Shown piece by piece: positions 46,681-60,800 of a stretch of DNA of 64,000 nucleotides. Under the pieces are notes generated by a model. It did not search any database. It was not told the DNA's origin and worked only from the letters and a program-made list of their open reading frames with translations. Source of the stretch: Podarcis muralis (taxonomy: Eukaryota). The translations under genes and the position numbers were made by a program. Every line of letters starts with the position of its first letter. The stretch's first letter is position 1. Location: assembly GCF_964188315.1 (NCBI RefSeq), contig NC_135656.1, positions 31,310,001-31,374,000 of the forward strand. The letters are read 5' to 3'.

Positions 46681-48149
46681 CTTTTCTGGAGATAGGCTCT
46701 GTTCTCTTCTCCCGGGATTTCTGTTTGCTTTCTGATATCTCCAGCCCTACAATGATGCCCTAAGCTAGATTTATTAAGGCAAAGGAGATTACACTAAGAT
46801 GCACTTGGCTACAGCAGGAAAGGCACATGTTGCCCTTGCACCTGCAGCTCAGACAATCCTGCTGCAAGATTCAACACAACGTTTACACTGGGATATTTTG
46901 TACAGACCTCTGAGCTGCGTGTCTGCTTCATACACCTGATGATCTATTCTACAAAGTAGGCTGATCAAATACTCATCATGCTGCAATAAGATGGTTGCCT
47001 TTTAAGGGGTCACAGAGTCCTGTTGTTTTTATTCAGAAACATGTTGTCTTTGGGATCTTGTTTCTGTTGGATTTTTTGTTAGATTTTATTTATATGCAAA
47101 TGCAATACAGTAATACATAACTTTAACAGCATTACTATACAAGATCACTTTTGTCTAGGAGTTTGTTTCATGAGCTATTAAGATCAGTGCCAGCTATTGG
47201 TACTAGGCTGGCTGCAATATTCCTGAATCAGGAATGTGTTCTAAATCAACAGTGTTGAGACTTGCGGCCATCACTCACTGTATAAGAGGTCAAGAAATGG
47301 AACTGCTGAAAGTAAAAAGTACAACTTCATTTTATTGTGAAGGATCACATTAATACATGCTCGTCTAAAGAAAAAGGTTTTAGCAGGCATTGAAAAACAA
47401 TACAAAAAGGCACCTTGTTGAGAATACTGATAAAGCCTTCAGGGGGCAGGATGAGCTCTGCCATGGGGCTTCTGGTGTGCAGCATTCTTTGGGAGCTTTC
47501 CCCACCGAGTTATTCATTTGTGGTGTCTGATGGGCAAGTCTGTTTCTTAAAACTATCAGTTCTTATCAGCATTGGCTAAAATCAAACTAATGCAAATCCT
47601 TGTCTCTGCATCTCTCCCACACAAAAAGCCCTTTGTTTCAAGAAGGCAGACTGGGTGAAACACAAAGCTAATTCTGGATCCAAGCCAAGTTAGACTGTAC
47701 ATCTTTGTGTTCTGTAAATATCCAGCACGCTGGTATATATCAAATTACAAAAAATTAGTCAGGACCAATTCTGTACATCACCAAAATCTTTTTGGAAATT
47801 ATTGTTTACTCAGAAGTAGGTCCCAATGAATCCAATAGGGCTTGTTCCCAAGTGTTTCAAGGCTGCAGCCTTAGCTTAATTATCAGCTTTGTAAACAAAC
47901 CCTGTGATTTGCTAGGCCGAATTTTAATTGTCAGAGGTCCCAGCGCCGTGCTGTTAGTATGTGCACTTGGCAATATCAAACTATGCCTTCCCAGCTTTTG
48001 AATCCCACCGGTCTCCTTGCTAAACGAATCAAACAACCACCTCTGTAGAGCTCAGTGGCACGTTCCGGGAACACCATTTTACACCCATTTTACAATTTAC
48101 ACCGCCTCCATTCCACAGGCTCCAAACGCTCCTTCCTCTTCCCGCGCAA

Positions 48150-48720
48150 AGAAAACACGCCCCCAAATCCCGCGCGACTTCCGCCGTTGCTAACAAACGC
48201 GTCTGCCGCCGCCGCCACGCGCAGCAACGCCTGCCATAGAGTCTTCATCCCTAGCGCGGCATTGTGTAAGGGTGGGAAGCGGCCCGAACGTCACCTCCGT
48301 CAACCACGGAGATGCACGGCGGGCCGCCTAGAGCGCCATCGATCAAACTCGGCCGCAATAGGTGCACCCCGCTGGATCAGAGAGAAGGAGCGGGCAGAGC
48401 GTTCCCTCGGCGTCCTCTGCCGCTCGCACGCCGGAGACAGAGGAGAGCGCCGGTGTGTCTCCGTCCTGCCCGCCTCCTGGAGCTGCCGCCATGGCCATGT
48501 TGCCCGCGGGCCGGCTCGGAACCGTTATCCGCCTGCTGCTGCGGTATGCAAGAGGCGGGAGGTGGGCTGGGCGGTTCCGAGGGGCCCGAAAGAGGTCGAG
48601 GTTAGGCCAGTTCACGTGCCAGACTCCCATCGGAACCCCGCCTTTCCCGCGTGAGGGATGAGGCGCCCACGCGCGCTTTCTCCGCCGTGAAATGTTCAAA
48701 GCTGCTTCGGGTGCTTCCCG
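48150..48720. promoter_or_regulatory. CpG-island promoter of MRPL12 (possibly shared with the divergent METTL26-like gene)
   Basis: GC/CpG-rich stretch around MRPL12 exon 1. The divergent minus-strand gene has its ATG at 46680 with no nearer CpG island. Confidence 0.6.
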
Positions 48721-51700
48721 TTTGGTGGTGCCCGCAACAGCTCTGAAAGGTGGGCCGCCCTCGCTAACCCCAAATCACCATCGAGGGCGCGAAGCTGTTG
48801 GTGGCAAGTTCGCCAAAGGCCGACCTGCTAGTTTTTATGGCTGAGGCGAGACTTAAAACCAGAAACTTCCTGCTTTTAGTCAGTAGGCTAGGAGTGGGTA
48901 GGAGCTTAAAACTGAAGGAAGGGGTTCCCAATGGTCATCTAGTCCAACTCCCTGCAACACGAAGAGAAGGTCAGCCACTCGCCAGTTTCTGCTGGACAGC
49001 CTAGGGCTATCTCTGCAGGTGTCCCCCTCCCCTTTGTTCTCAATATTCAGTTTCTAGTCACAAACAGCAAGTTTGAGAAATATTCCGGGTAGAAACGGAA
49101 GATAGAAGCTGTGAACTGTCTGGACTGTTTTTGACAAAAAATGGTAGATTAGTTGGCTCTTGATTTGTTCCAAGGTAATTTTTATGTTTATAAGTAAGAA
49201 GGCACATTTGAAGTTACTTAAGCCCTACTAGGATATGAATATACATTCTTGCTTTGTGGAGCAGAGGACTTCCTTTTTGAAAATTAGAGTAGACCGTGCA
49301 AGATTGAAGTCAGTCCACCCTGCTCATCACCTGCTCTGTTGACAACTATCTGCTCTGAGTTATCCCACTGTGGAGCTCACAGTGTGAAAACAAATTTCTC
49401 TACACCTCACATTGGAAAACACTTCAAGCTTTTAAAAATGCCTTTTAGTAATATGGACATTCTGAAGGAAATCAGCCCTGAGTGCTCACTGGAAGGACAG
49501 ATCATGAAGCTGAGGCTCCAATACTTTGGCCACCTCATGAGAAGAGAAGACTCCCTGGAAAAGACCCTGATGCACAAGGAGAAGGGGACGACAGAGGACG
49601 AGATGGTTGGATAGTGTTCTCGAAACTACGAACATGAGTTTGACCAAACTGCGGGAGGCAGTGGAAGACAGGAGTGCCTGGCGTGCTCTGGACCATGGGG
49701 TCACGAAGAGTCGGACACGACTAAACAACAACAATATGGACATCTCCTTAAATTTGTTTTTAAAATTACACTACAGTTTTGTTGCTGCTGAGAGGTGTTG
49801 CTTCTCTCCCTTTTCCACAGCACCTACACCAATCCATGTTTATATCACCCTTTCTTCTCACTTTGGTGGCCTCGCTGTTTCTCCTGAAGCACATCTGTTC
49901 TCATTCTTTCGTTCATTTGCTGCTTGCACAGGTCTTTATGTTGTGAACCATGAAGTGCTGACAAACTCTTTGTTGATTTTTCTACAGGCAGCATCAGCCA
50001 CGAGCATGTGCTGTTAGGATGCTGAAGACTACCAGCTCACAGCGAAGTGAAGCCTTGGCAACTCCGCCTCTTGATAATGTTCCCAAGGAGTACTCGCCCA
50101 AGATTCAGCAGCTAGTTCAAGACATTGCCAGCCTCACCCTACTGGAGATTTCTGACCTCAATGAACTGCTGAAGGTGCCAGTGTTTGCATGGGAAGCAGG
50201 GTGATTGTTGTACTAGGGAAAGATGGGGCAGCAGACAGCTCATTGTTGGTTGTGTCTTTCTCTTTTTCGGTAACAGTGGGATGGGGTGCTTTGGAATTCC
50301 TTCCCCAGTTTTTGTGATGCATACAATATAGAAGAAGGATTAATATTTCTCTTAACACTGCTTACTCTGTCTTTTTCTTCAGAAAACCCTCAAGATCCAA
50401 GATATGGGACTCATGCCAATGGCAGGGATGATGCCACCAGCGCAAGCAGCAGCTCCAGTAAGGGATCAATTGTTTAACTTGTTGTTTATTTGGGCTGAGT
50501 AGCAGCTGTAGCTGGGCAAATGTCTGAATTTCAGCAGCCCTACAAAGCCCTACTTCAGCAGCCCTACAAATGAGCATTCTGTTGAGAGAGTTATGTGTGA
50601 AGGCACCAAAATATTACATAACAGGCATGTTGATTGCTTGAGGCTGTTGGACTAAGCATGCAGCCAGCCTGTTAGTTCTGCTGCAGTGTCATGAAAAAGG
50701 TTGTTTCAGTGTTGCTAACTCGTCAGATGACATTTTCCTGGATGTTACTGGTGTATAACAAACTCAGCAACTGGAGATGGGAATGCAGGGGTGAGAAAAG
50801 TTCTCTGCTAATAGGGGCTTTGAGGTTGTGCTTGGTATCGCAGTCGTCTTGCCACATTTATTTATTTACATACCCTGTCTTATGAACTCTTAAGAAATAA
50901 GATGTTCAGAACCAAAATACCATTTACTGTATATAAAAGCCACACAAAGCCGTTAAGCTATCTAAAGAGTAAATAGCACTAACACCAGTGCAGTGGGCCT
51001 GCCACTTATGTGAGGTTTAGTTCCAGGGGTCCATGTGTAAAGGCAAAATCATGAATAGTCTGTCCCTGAAAAAGAGGGTGCCATTGCATCACATATTTTC
51101 AGGCCACTGCAACATTTTAAATCTAGCACATGATGTGTTGGGCCTGCAATAACCAAGGATAACCCTGTCATTATTGTGGACATCACAAAGACCTGAGCTA
51201 CAGGTGATAGGGAAGCCTGGACATGGATGTTAAAACCCTTTACCTAAGATTGGGCAGATAGTTGTAATAACTCTTACTGCAGTTGACATCTCAGGGCTGA
51301 TACTACATCAAGAATCAAGTTGGGAGCTGTTGGATCTAAACAGGTCGGCTCGAATTATGCACTGAGTTCTTAGTTCTATATTCCTGGTCAGTAGCGTTCA
51401 CTAGAATTAAATACTCAGTGGTAGATGTTTTGTTGACAGTTGATTTGGCATTAATAACAAATCCCACCACAGCCAACCAAAGACAGTCAACCACATCCTA
51501 GGCCACCCCAGCCTCTCACACCACCAAGGAAACATAACAAGCGAATAGAAAGAGAACCTGTCCAAGTGACGCTGAAACAACCCCGCGCACACGCTATGTC
51601 AAAGAACATGCACTTTACCATCCCACACACCCCCTCTCCCATCCCCTCCCTCTTTTCTTCCCAATACCTTGGGGCCACACCTTTCTGTGACCCATTCCCC

Positions 51701-53891
51701 TTATTAAGATTTTCTAAGTACCATGTCAAGACAGTCTTTATAGTAGCTCTGTTTTGAGATCATCTTCCCATCCCAAAAAAATGCAGGGATTTGCGTAAAC
51801 TGCATGCAAACACTTCCAAAGCTGCAGGCAAGTGCTCCTTAAATGTGAAGATTTCCACATCAAAGTCTCCTTTCTCAAAGGAGGTTACTTATACAACATT
51901 ATGATACTTCTCCCAGCCTTAGATCAGCGTTTGCCAACCTGGTGCCCTCCAGATGTCTTTGACTACAACTGCCATCTGGAGCTGTAGTCCAAAACATCTG
52001 GACAGCAGCAGGTTAGTGAAAATTGCCTGCTTGTATTACATTGGTTAAGATCTTGAGCATTTGTGGAGCAGATGAAATGTCCATTTGGCCCGCCACCTAT
52101 TTCCCATTGTGGACAATCAGAAGTTTCTGGTCCATATGCTGGGCCTTTCAAGTCAATAACAATTCGCCTGCTATTACTTCCAGTAACTGATTAGATATTG
52201 GGCCACTTCCAATAATAAAAAGCTGGTGTTCAATTAAGACAAGGCTTTTGGGCTGACCTACTGTCTCTATTCCTTCATCATTAAAGGAGAACTAGCATAG
52301 ATGGTGAGATGTTTTAATCTGCTTTCTAGCTTACTGTTGATTTTGATCAACTCTTAAATGTTTTAACTACTTGCTTCTAACTTTTCATTGATGGTTTTCA
52401 GTTCTTGTAAACCGCATAAAAGTTTTGTTGCAGTCAAGTGGTATATACATTATGGTTAAATAAAAATAAAGATTCAGCAGTAGCGTTGCAACTCAACACA
52501 AGAATTTAGGGGAAATAATGAAGGAGTAGCTGATGCAAGTCTTGTTAGGTCTTCCCTCTGTATCTGGCTAGAACAACTTTGGTACTACCATTGGCTAATG
52601 AAGCTTTAGGGATGTGAGGGTCAGGCTTCTGTTGCCAATTGTGAGTGGGTTCTTATCTTTTTTGCTAGGAAGCTGAAGAGGATTTTGTCCCCAAGAAGCC
52701 GGAGAAGATAAATTTTACAGTCAAGTTGACTGAATTGAATGCTGCAGATAAGGTGAAACTTATCAAGGAGGTGAAGAATTGTATGCAAGGCTTAAACCTT
52801 GTCCAGGTAAGCAGATGGTGCTCAAGGCTGACTTAACAGGTGAATGTGCTAAAGGCTTGAGGGAGGCATGTTTCCTTTTGCTTGTGCCATACAGAACTTA
52901 ATTATCAAGTAGCCCCATCTACTTGGGCTACTTTTGTGCATTTAATGGTGGTGGAAGTACCTCCATGCTCTCTGCCTCTTGTCTGGTATATCCACATGAG
53001 GTCCGCAGTTAGTACTTAGGGCAAATACACATTTCGCTTGACCTGTACTTTGATTGTATTGTGTACCAATTTATTCCCCTGCGTCTAGGAACTTTTCTTT
53101 TTCTGTGGCTGTGCCTTCTGAAAATCTGCTCCTACCTGCTGAATTAAAGCTCCATTAAGCAAAATCTCTCTTTGGATTTTCTGTGCATCAAAAAAGATCT
53201 GATTCAGTAGGAAAGATCAAATTTTCACAAGGCACAGTCACAGAACAATGAGAAAAGCCCATGGACCTTTAATCAGTACATGGTAATCAGGGGAAATTAA
53301 TCAGTACACAATACAGGTCAGGTGAAGAGTGGATGAGCCCTTGGTCATACCACTTGGGGGCAGCAAATTACAAAGAGATGAGCTGCCAAAGGAACGTTCA
53401 CATGAGGAAAGTGAGGAGCTAATGCAGTTAGTGGAAGCGAATTTGCATCCTTTGAGATAGTACCAGCTAGTGTGGCAAGGTCCCTTGTGAATCATGATGC
53501 TCCAAAGAGGATTCTTCTAAGCATTTGGACTCTGGTCAGAAATGGCTTACTGTTTCTTTGCAGGAACTTGGCCAGCTGAAAATTAATACTGCCGCTTCAG
53601 CCTAGGAAACGCTTCTGCTTGGCTCATCTTCTAGGCTGCGTGATCTGCCAAGTGGGGAGATAAGGGCGAAGTCACAGAGGGTCCCATACTAGTGGGAGCA
53701 GGCAGCAGCAGCTTCTTGGGTTCAGCATTATCCCTTTCCATGGCTAACTGGAGCGGCTCTCTTATCTCTTGCAGGCGAAAAAGTTGGTAGAGTCTCTTCC
53801 TCAAGAGATCAAGGCACACGTCTCTAAAGAGGAAGCGGAGAAAATCAAAGCTGCTCTGGAGGCAGCAGGAGGGACTGTCGTTCTGGAGTAA
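48491..53891 (+). CDS. MRPL12: Mitochondrial ribosomal protein L12 (bL12m), about 189 aa, 5 exons
   Basis: Exons 48491-48543, 49988-50174, 50383-50457, 52669-52806, 53775-53891 (570 nt). Peptides: [78 protein letters not shown]. Kozak GCCGCCATGG at 48491. Confidence 0.95.
49456..49735 (+). mobile_element. RTE-BovB 3' fragment with an internal deletion
   Basis: [38 protein letters not shown] followed by a GGGGTCACGAAGAGTCGGACACGACTAAAC(AAC)n tail. Confidence 0.92.
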
Positions 53892-54349
53892 CGGTTGGCA
53901 TCAGCAGCCAAAGGACTAAAGCAGAGCAGGGGAAAGTCCTGCGCTCTGTCACCCACCTGAAGCTTTTATTTGCCTGCTGACTGGTGGTGGTGGGGTGCTG
54001 TGCAGTTCCATGAAGCTGTGCCCCGCCTTGTTTTCTCTGCAATGTGGTTGTCCACTGAGATGGCCCAGTGTGGGATGAATGTCTTCGGCACGATGGGGGT
54101 CTGTTGTTTGTACCAACACTGCAAGGAACTGAATCTATAAAGAATATACACGGGGGCGAATGCCTTTGGAACAAGTGTTGTGTGAGCAGACTTTCTTGCA
54201 TACCAGTGTCCCTCCTCACCTGGAAGGGCTCCCTGGTTTGTGCGTTTTTGCACCAGATCCTGCTAGCAGCTTATCTTAGGCTCTCTTGGTGGTATTCAGG
54301 GCCACTCTCTTAGCTGCAATTTCTAACATGACCCACAAGGACAGCCTTC

Positions 54350-54510
54350 CCAGTTGACTGGGAAGCTGTGGACTCTCCTTCCTTGGAGGTTTTTAAGCAG
54401 AGGCTGGATGGCCATCTGTCATGGATGCTTTAGTTGAGATTCCTGCATTGCAAGGGGTTGAACTAGATGTCCCTCTGGGTCCCTTCCAACTCTTCAGTTC
54501 TTTGACACTG
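54350..54510 (+). mobile_element. CR1 3' fragment
   Basis: GTGGACTCTCCTTCCTTGGAGGTTTTTAAGCAGAGGCTGGATGGCCATCTG...GGTCCCTTCCAACTCT. Confidence 0.85.
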
Positions 54511-57500
54511 TGATGGGAATTGTAGCCCGGGTTGGGGAGAAGCATGTTGATGAAGCATGGTGATGACTAACCACTCAGCATAGAAGTGTAGTGGTCCAGG
54601 GATGTGCCTTGACTTGCAGGCAGCTTTCCCCATCATGAGCTGTTCCTCCCCATGAAAGAGATTGAATGTGAAAAAGCCTGATCTCTTTTCTCCTCAGGAT
54701 ATTAACTTAAATGACAGGTTTTTCTGCACCAGGTAATCCTGGGCAAGGACGATGCATTGTGCAGGTCCGCACCATGCATAGGTACCCTGAGTAATACTAG
54801 TTGCCCTGTTTCTTTCCACCTGTTTTCTGCACCAAGAACTTGAGCTCGTGGGAAAATCTCTCTGGCCATCTTCCAGAACTCCTGGCTGTTCTCTGTTACA
54901 AGTGGATCAGTTTTACACTCCTTCCCTCAACCCCATCGGATGTGATTTATAGGCAACTCGGCTTTTCTTACTGCCGGGCCCTCGCTGGATTGTAGCTTCA
55001 CCAAATGAAAATTGGGCAGCTAAATCTATCCAAACAGGAGCTCCTGTTTTAAGGGATGAGGGGAGTCAGTGCTTGGAAGAGACTGTTCTTGGAAGGAGTG
55101 GAGCACAAAGGGAAGGGCCTCTGGGACACAGTGAACCTCTTTCAGCCTGTTCCATGTTCTCTTCATAAATGACAGTGTGTTCCTTTTCGCTACACCGTTT
55201 TGAAGTGGCCAGAATTGATCTTCTCAGTTGGTTTTAGATAAGACACCCAATGAAACAAGCTGGGTTATTAGTCCAAAGGCCATATTGTCACACCTTTCAC
55301 CTTGACTTGTTCCTGAGTTCTATTTGGCAGGTGGGGGGGGTATGGAAAGTAATGCCGTATTTGACCACTTTTGCTTTCTTGCCTTCCTCAGCCTCATAAA
55401 AGCTAGTTAGTTCCAAGCAGTCTATCCTGGAAGTGGCCAATTGCATAGGCTTTTTGCTAAGAAGCATGGAGTTTGGTTTCTCTTTCTTTCTTGAATGTCT
55501 CTTATTAGGCATTTTCCATTAAATCAGTTCACTACAAAATGCAAAATATTCCCAGTGAAGAACTAGTTTAGGATATTTTTGTCCTATGCATCTCAGTGGT
55601 TGTGCACAGAACCTATGCTATGATGTAGTCCTCTGTGGATACAGTCATGCCCTCTTGCAAGAAATTCCACATACTAGGAAGCCCTGATTACTTTCTGCGG
55701 TCACATACATCACTTATAGGAGGCCGTGAGTGTGGAGGGAGGCAGCTGCATCCTCCAAAGTTGGCAGGTGTATTAATAGTGGGGAGAAAATATTAAAATG
55801 GCTAAAGCACTCCAAATTCCTCCCTCGTAACCATACTGTGTGTCTAAATGCCATTTTGTTTTAAACATAAATATGTGGTTTCCTGCTTCCTGTGTCCAGT
55901 GAAGTAAAGAACTCTATTGCATCGCCCTTGTTAGTACATCCATCAAGGTGTGTGCTCTTAAAGCAGTTTGCGGGGAGTGGAGTGGGAAGGGATGCTTTTG
56001 AAGAGAAGGTTGAACAATAAACAGTGTCCCTGGCCAGCTCAGAGAAGAGCATGATGCTAACATTCGACTTTGAATCAGCTTTGATTTCTGTTTGTTTGTT
56101 GTTGTTTTTTAAATGCAACAAATAATACAAAATGAAGGAAATGTTTAGAAACATTTATTTGACCCTGCCCATGTATTTCCATGCTTTTGCACACTGGGGG
56201 CTAGAAACACACAAAATTAAATTTCCACAGTTTTCTACATCGCCTTCACCTTCAGACATCTCTGAGATGCTGCATAGTGCAATTGTAGTCAGGCACATAT
56301 TTAGGTGCTCCTTTCTACTAAAGGTGCTGTAGTGCCACTGTGGCAGTGGCTGCTATGGCAAGACTACTGTTTACAATCCTAAATACAAGAAGAGTTACAA
56401 AAACAAGATCCAGTAGCCTGTGGGTGTTTCACTTGCATCTCTGCCAACTGACACTAGCCGTGCATGGTGGGCACATCAACCTGCAGCAATGGTACAAATG
56501 TCACAGAACACCCCACTCCTGCCCCTCCCACATACAGGTCCTAGCTTCAATCTCTGGGATATCAGAAATACTGGAGAGCCACTGCCAGTCCAAACAAGAC
56601 AGTACTGAACTGGATGGACTAATGTTCTGACTTCATGTAAGGTGGTTTCATATGTGCTCTCTACATGCAACAGACAAAACTATGAGGTAGCCAGCACTTC
56701 CACTGCAAGAGGTCAAGGCCCATCAACAACAAGTACTCCAACGTACAAGCGCTCCCAAGGTTTTTCCTCCAAAGGAACTCAAATCCCCTGCCAGCCCAAA
56801 CAGCCAGTATTAACAGCATGAAGGAACATCAGCAGCATTCAGGCTACCATTTAGACAAGGAAAGTGGGAGTGCCATTCTGGTTGCCAGAGCCATCTGGAT
56901 CCATGGCCCACTATACATAGCAAAAGGTCCATATATGGAATGTTAGGCCACAGGCTCCCCAAGAGAAGAGGTTGGCTAGGGTAGAGCAGCTGATAACATG
57001 CAGATCACAATACAGAACATGTTTGTGTTGGTTTCAAGGTGCAGTGGGAGAAGAGAAGTTTATTGCGAGAGGTGAGGGTAAGTGGATGGGGACAGAGAGT
57101 GTGGGCAAATAAACACTGCCAGGAAGCTTTCAAGAGGCAGGTCAACAAACTGTATAGTAGCTCAGGGAAAGTGTAAAGCAATGAGAAAAATTCTGACCCT
57201 CAGGCAAAGCCAGTAAATTTGATCCTCATCTCAGGCAAAGCCAGTGTCCACAGGGCTGGAAGGAAAGCGGCAAGATCTGATCCAAAGAGCTCTATAACTG
57301 GACCTGTGACTCCTTGTCTCCCAGAGGCCTGGCCCACTGCATGCCTTTTCCCTACTCATCTCAACATGAACCCAGAAATCTAGGTCAGGGGTACCCAAAG
57401 TTGGCCTACAACAACCATCATCCTTGGCCATGAGAGCACTACATTAGCCACTCCTGTTCTAGGTAAACCCATTGCTCACTGGACCAGCATAGGATTAGCA

Positions 57501-58499
57501 CATGAACGGGTCTGTTTCCCAGCTATCCTAGCTGAGAAGATGAGAAACCAGCAGACTCTTAGGATAATACAGTGTGGTGCCCTGTCAGATCACATACGTA
57601 ATTCAAAGGCTAATGGTCTCACTCTGACAACTCTGGGCCCCCACAATGCCTACAAGTCTGCTTGGTTTCGCTAGACTGTTGTATCTTCAGTCTCTGTCGG
57701 TGCAAGGGAAATTAGGAACCATCTTATCGCTGGCCAGAAAGCACGTAGTTCAGGGATAGGAGGATCATACTGTTTGCGCTTTGATGTGTTAAGAAAGTGA
57801 ACACTGATAGAGAGCAGACTTCGAGCTAGAGCTGGCGCTGGTACAACAATGCTTTGATAATTCAGGTGTTGGCTCAAGGTAAGTAATATTTTGTCAGAGC
57901 AAACTTTGGTGCTAGTTAAGAATTATATGTTATATAAATTATTAATCTATCAACTCCCACCCTTCACCCTAAGGTCCGAATTATAAGGTCCACCATTTCC
58001 TGTTTAGGGCAGTGTGACTCACCAAGAATGGCAGTTCAGCCTAACAGTGATCTCTTTGCTATCATGGAGTTAGAGACAATATGCCAATCTCTAGGATCTT
58101 ATTGCTTTTTGAGGACCAGTTTTTGCGCACATGCAAGCCACTTGATAGCTTGCAGCCAAGAGTGGGAATAGACATTATGCTTGTGGGCCGAATGATGCTG
58201 GCCTGTGCCTTCAACACTTCTTATCTTGTGCCATCATATTACAGTGAATATTTCTGCTCCATATGGTGGTGAGGATACCCAGTGTGATGGTTGCCCTTCA
58301 CTGTGTATAGAATTTGCCAAGGGGATGCCATCTTCTGTGGCATTCAGCTCCCTGCAATCCTAAACCCACGTACTGGAGTAAACGTCAATAAACACAGTAG
58401 GACTTGCATCTGAGTAAATATCCATAGACCTGGCCTATGGATATAAGGACTATCACCAATGAAAGATAGTGTGATTATGGCGATATGACATGGCTTTGA

Positions 58500-58960
58500 G
58501 ATAATAATAATAATAATAATTATTATTATTATTATTATTATTTATTTGTACCCCGCCCATCTGGCTGGGTTTCCCCAGCCACTCTGGGCGGCTTCCAACA
58601 AAGATGAAAGATACACTAAAATGTCACATATTAAAAACTTCCCTGAACAGGGCTGCCTTCAGATGTCTTCTGAATGTCAGGTAGATGTTTATCGCTTTGA
58701 CATCTGATGGGAGGGCATTCCACAGGGCGGGTGCCACTACCGAGAAGGCCCTCTGCCTTGTTCCCTGTAACTTGGCCTCTCGCAGTGAGGGAACTGCCAG
58801 AAGGCCCTCAGAGCTGGACCTCAGTGTCCGGGCAGAACGATGGGGGAGGAGACGCTCCTTCAGATATACTGGACCGAGGCCGTTTAGGGCTTTAAAGGTC
58901 AGCACCAACACTTTGAATTGTGCTCGGAAACATACTGGGAGCCAATGTAGGTCTTTCAAG
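58500..58960 (-). mobile_element. L2 LINE 3' end (ORF2 C-terminus)
   Basis: LKDLHWLPVCFRAQFKVLVLTFKALNGLGP.YL...RAFSVVAPALWNALP...F.RHLK, plus (TAA)n tail. Confidence 0.92.
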
Positions 58961-59357
58961 AGATGTGGGCTTAATATTGTAAACAGGTTTTTCAGATATT
59001 GCAAACAGTCACTGTCAACAGTTTTTTCTTAACAAACATTCCCTGGAAAGGGTAAGTTCTTAATTGAGGGGGCAGGAGACAAAAGGACTGGTATTTTGAT
59101 GCCAGTCATGTCTGTTACAAGGCTGCAAAAATATCCACCTGCGCGAGGAACACACACTTTCACAATAAACATTTCTCTCAGCACTCCAAAAGTCATATGT
59201 AGAACAAGAAACTACAATGGCGTTATGTACAATAAGTGTTTGGCTGATGTAACGCAAGAACAAATCCAGGTTTGCCGCCAAATATACACTTGACAAGGAG
59301 TTGTTGTTGCCAGCTACTGCACTCTTCTCCTTTTGCAATTGTGTTTGACCTATCTAT

Positions 59358-60084
59358 TTGTTGTTGTTTAGTCATGTCCGACTCTTCGTGACCCCATGGA
59401 CCAGAGCACGCCAGGCACTCCTGTCTTCCACTGCCTCCCGCAGTTTGGTCAGATTCATGTTGGTAGCTTTGAGAACACTGCCCAACCATCTCGTCCTCTG
59501 TTGTCCCCTTCTCCTTGTGCCCTCCATCTTTCCCAACATCAGGGTCTTTTCCAGGGAGTCTTCTCTTCTCATGAGGTGTCCAAAGTATTGGAGCCTCAGC
59601 TTCAGGATCTGTCCTTCCAGGAAGCACTCAGGGCTGATTTCCTTCAGAAAGGATAGGTTTGATCTTCTTGCAGTCCATGGGACTCTCAAGAGTCTCATCC
59701 AGCACCATAATTCAAAAGCATCAATTCTTCAGCGATCAGCCTTCTTTATGGTCCAGCTCTCACTTCCATACATCACTATTGGGAAAACCATAGCTTTAGC
59801 TATACCGACCTTTGTTGGCAAGGCGATCTCTGCTTTTTAAAATGCTGTCTAGGTTTGTCATTGCTTTTCTCCCAAGAAGCAGGCATCTTTTCATTTTGTG
59901 ACTGCTGTCACCATCTGCAGTGACCATGGAACCCAAGAAAGTAAAATCTCTCACTGCCTCCATTTCTTCCCCTTCTATTTGCCAGGAGGCGATGGGACCA
60001 GTGGTTTTTTTTTATGTTGAGCTTCAAGACCATCTTTCGCGCTCTCCCCTTTCACCCTCATTAAAAGGTTCTTTAATTCCTCCT
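59358..60084 (-). mobile_element. RTE-BovB 3' portion
   Basis: [71 protein letters not shown], plus (CAA)n tail. Confidence 0.92.
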
Positions 60085-60219
60085 CCCTATCTATACTGTA
60101 CCACAAAACCCAAAAAAGGAGTGGGAGGGGGCGAGGAACTGTGTGTGAATTTACAATGAAGGAGTCAGCAGCAGCTTGGCTGCTCGATTTAAACAGAGCC
60201 AGGATTTCCTTCCAGATTA

Positions 60220-60800
60220 GCCATGATCTTGGCGGGCAGCGGAGATCAGCGGCGCCCGACGCTGCAGAATCCGTCGTCGAAAGGTGATTGTCCAGAAGCC
60301 GGAATGCGCGGGGGCGGACAAAGACGGGGGCTCCGCCTGAGCGGAGGAAGGCTGCGTACCCTCTCCGGGTTACTCTCCCTCCCCGGTACACCCAGCCGGG
60401 CCTCCGCGTTGCTCTTTTAAGGCGTCCCTCCCATGGCGGGCGTTGCCCCTTTAAGGCCTCGTCGGTTCAGTGCAGGGAGCGCCGGCGGTGAGCGGGAGGA
60501 GGCGGCGGCCGGGCTTCCCGGGTCCGGGCAGCGGGGAGGTGAGGAGCAGCAGCAGCCACGCAGAGCCGGCGGCGCGATGGTGGAGAAACGCGTGTCCCGC
60601 TGGTACTTCGGAGGCCTGGCCTCGTGCGGGGCAGCCTGCTGCACCCACCCGCTAGACCTGCTCAAGGTGCGTCTTGCGTTAGAGGGGGGGGGGGGAGAAA
60701 CCCGCCAGGAAAGAAGACGGGGCACCCCATTCCCCGGCGACGGATGGGGGGACCTGGCCCCTAAAATCCCTCTCCGGCCCTCTGCCTCCCGTCTTCCCCC
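60220..60800. promoter_or_regulatory. CpG-island promoter of SLC25A10
   Basis: High GC/CpG density around exon 1. Confidence 0.65.
60577..60666 (+). CDS. SLC25A10: Mitochondrial dicarboxylate carrier, exon 1 (gene continues beyond the window)
   Basis: MVEKRVSRWYFGGLASCGAACCTHPLDLLK followed by a GTGCGT donor; carrier motif PLDLLK. The window ends in a pyrimidine tract plus CTGCAG, probably the exon 2 acceptor. Confidence 0.92.

Noticed and set aside
54000-59350. Hidden gene between MRPL12 and SLC25A10 (ORFs at 55297, 55861, 57671, 58081, 59096)
   Set aside because: No phase-consistent exon chain or recognisable homology; candidate exons tested had stops in all frames. A lncRNA cannot be excluded.
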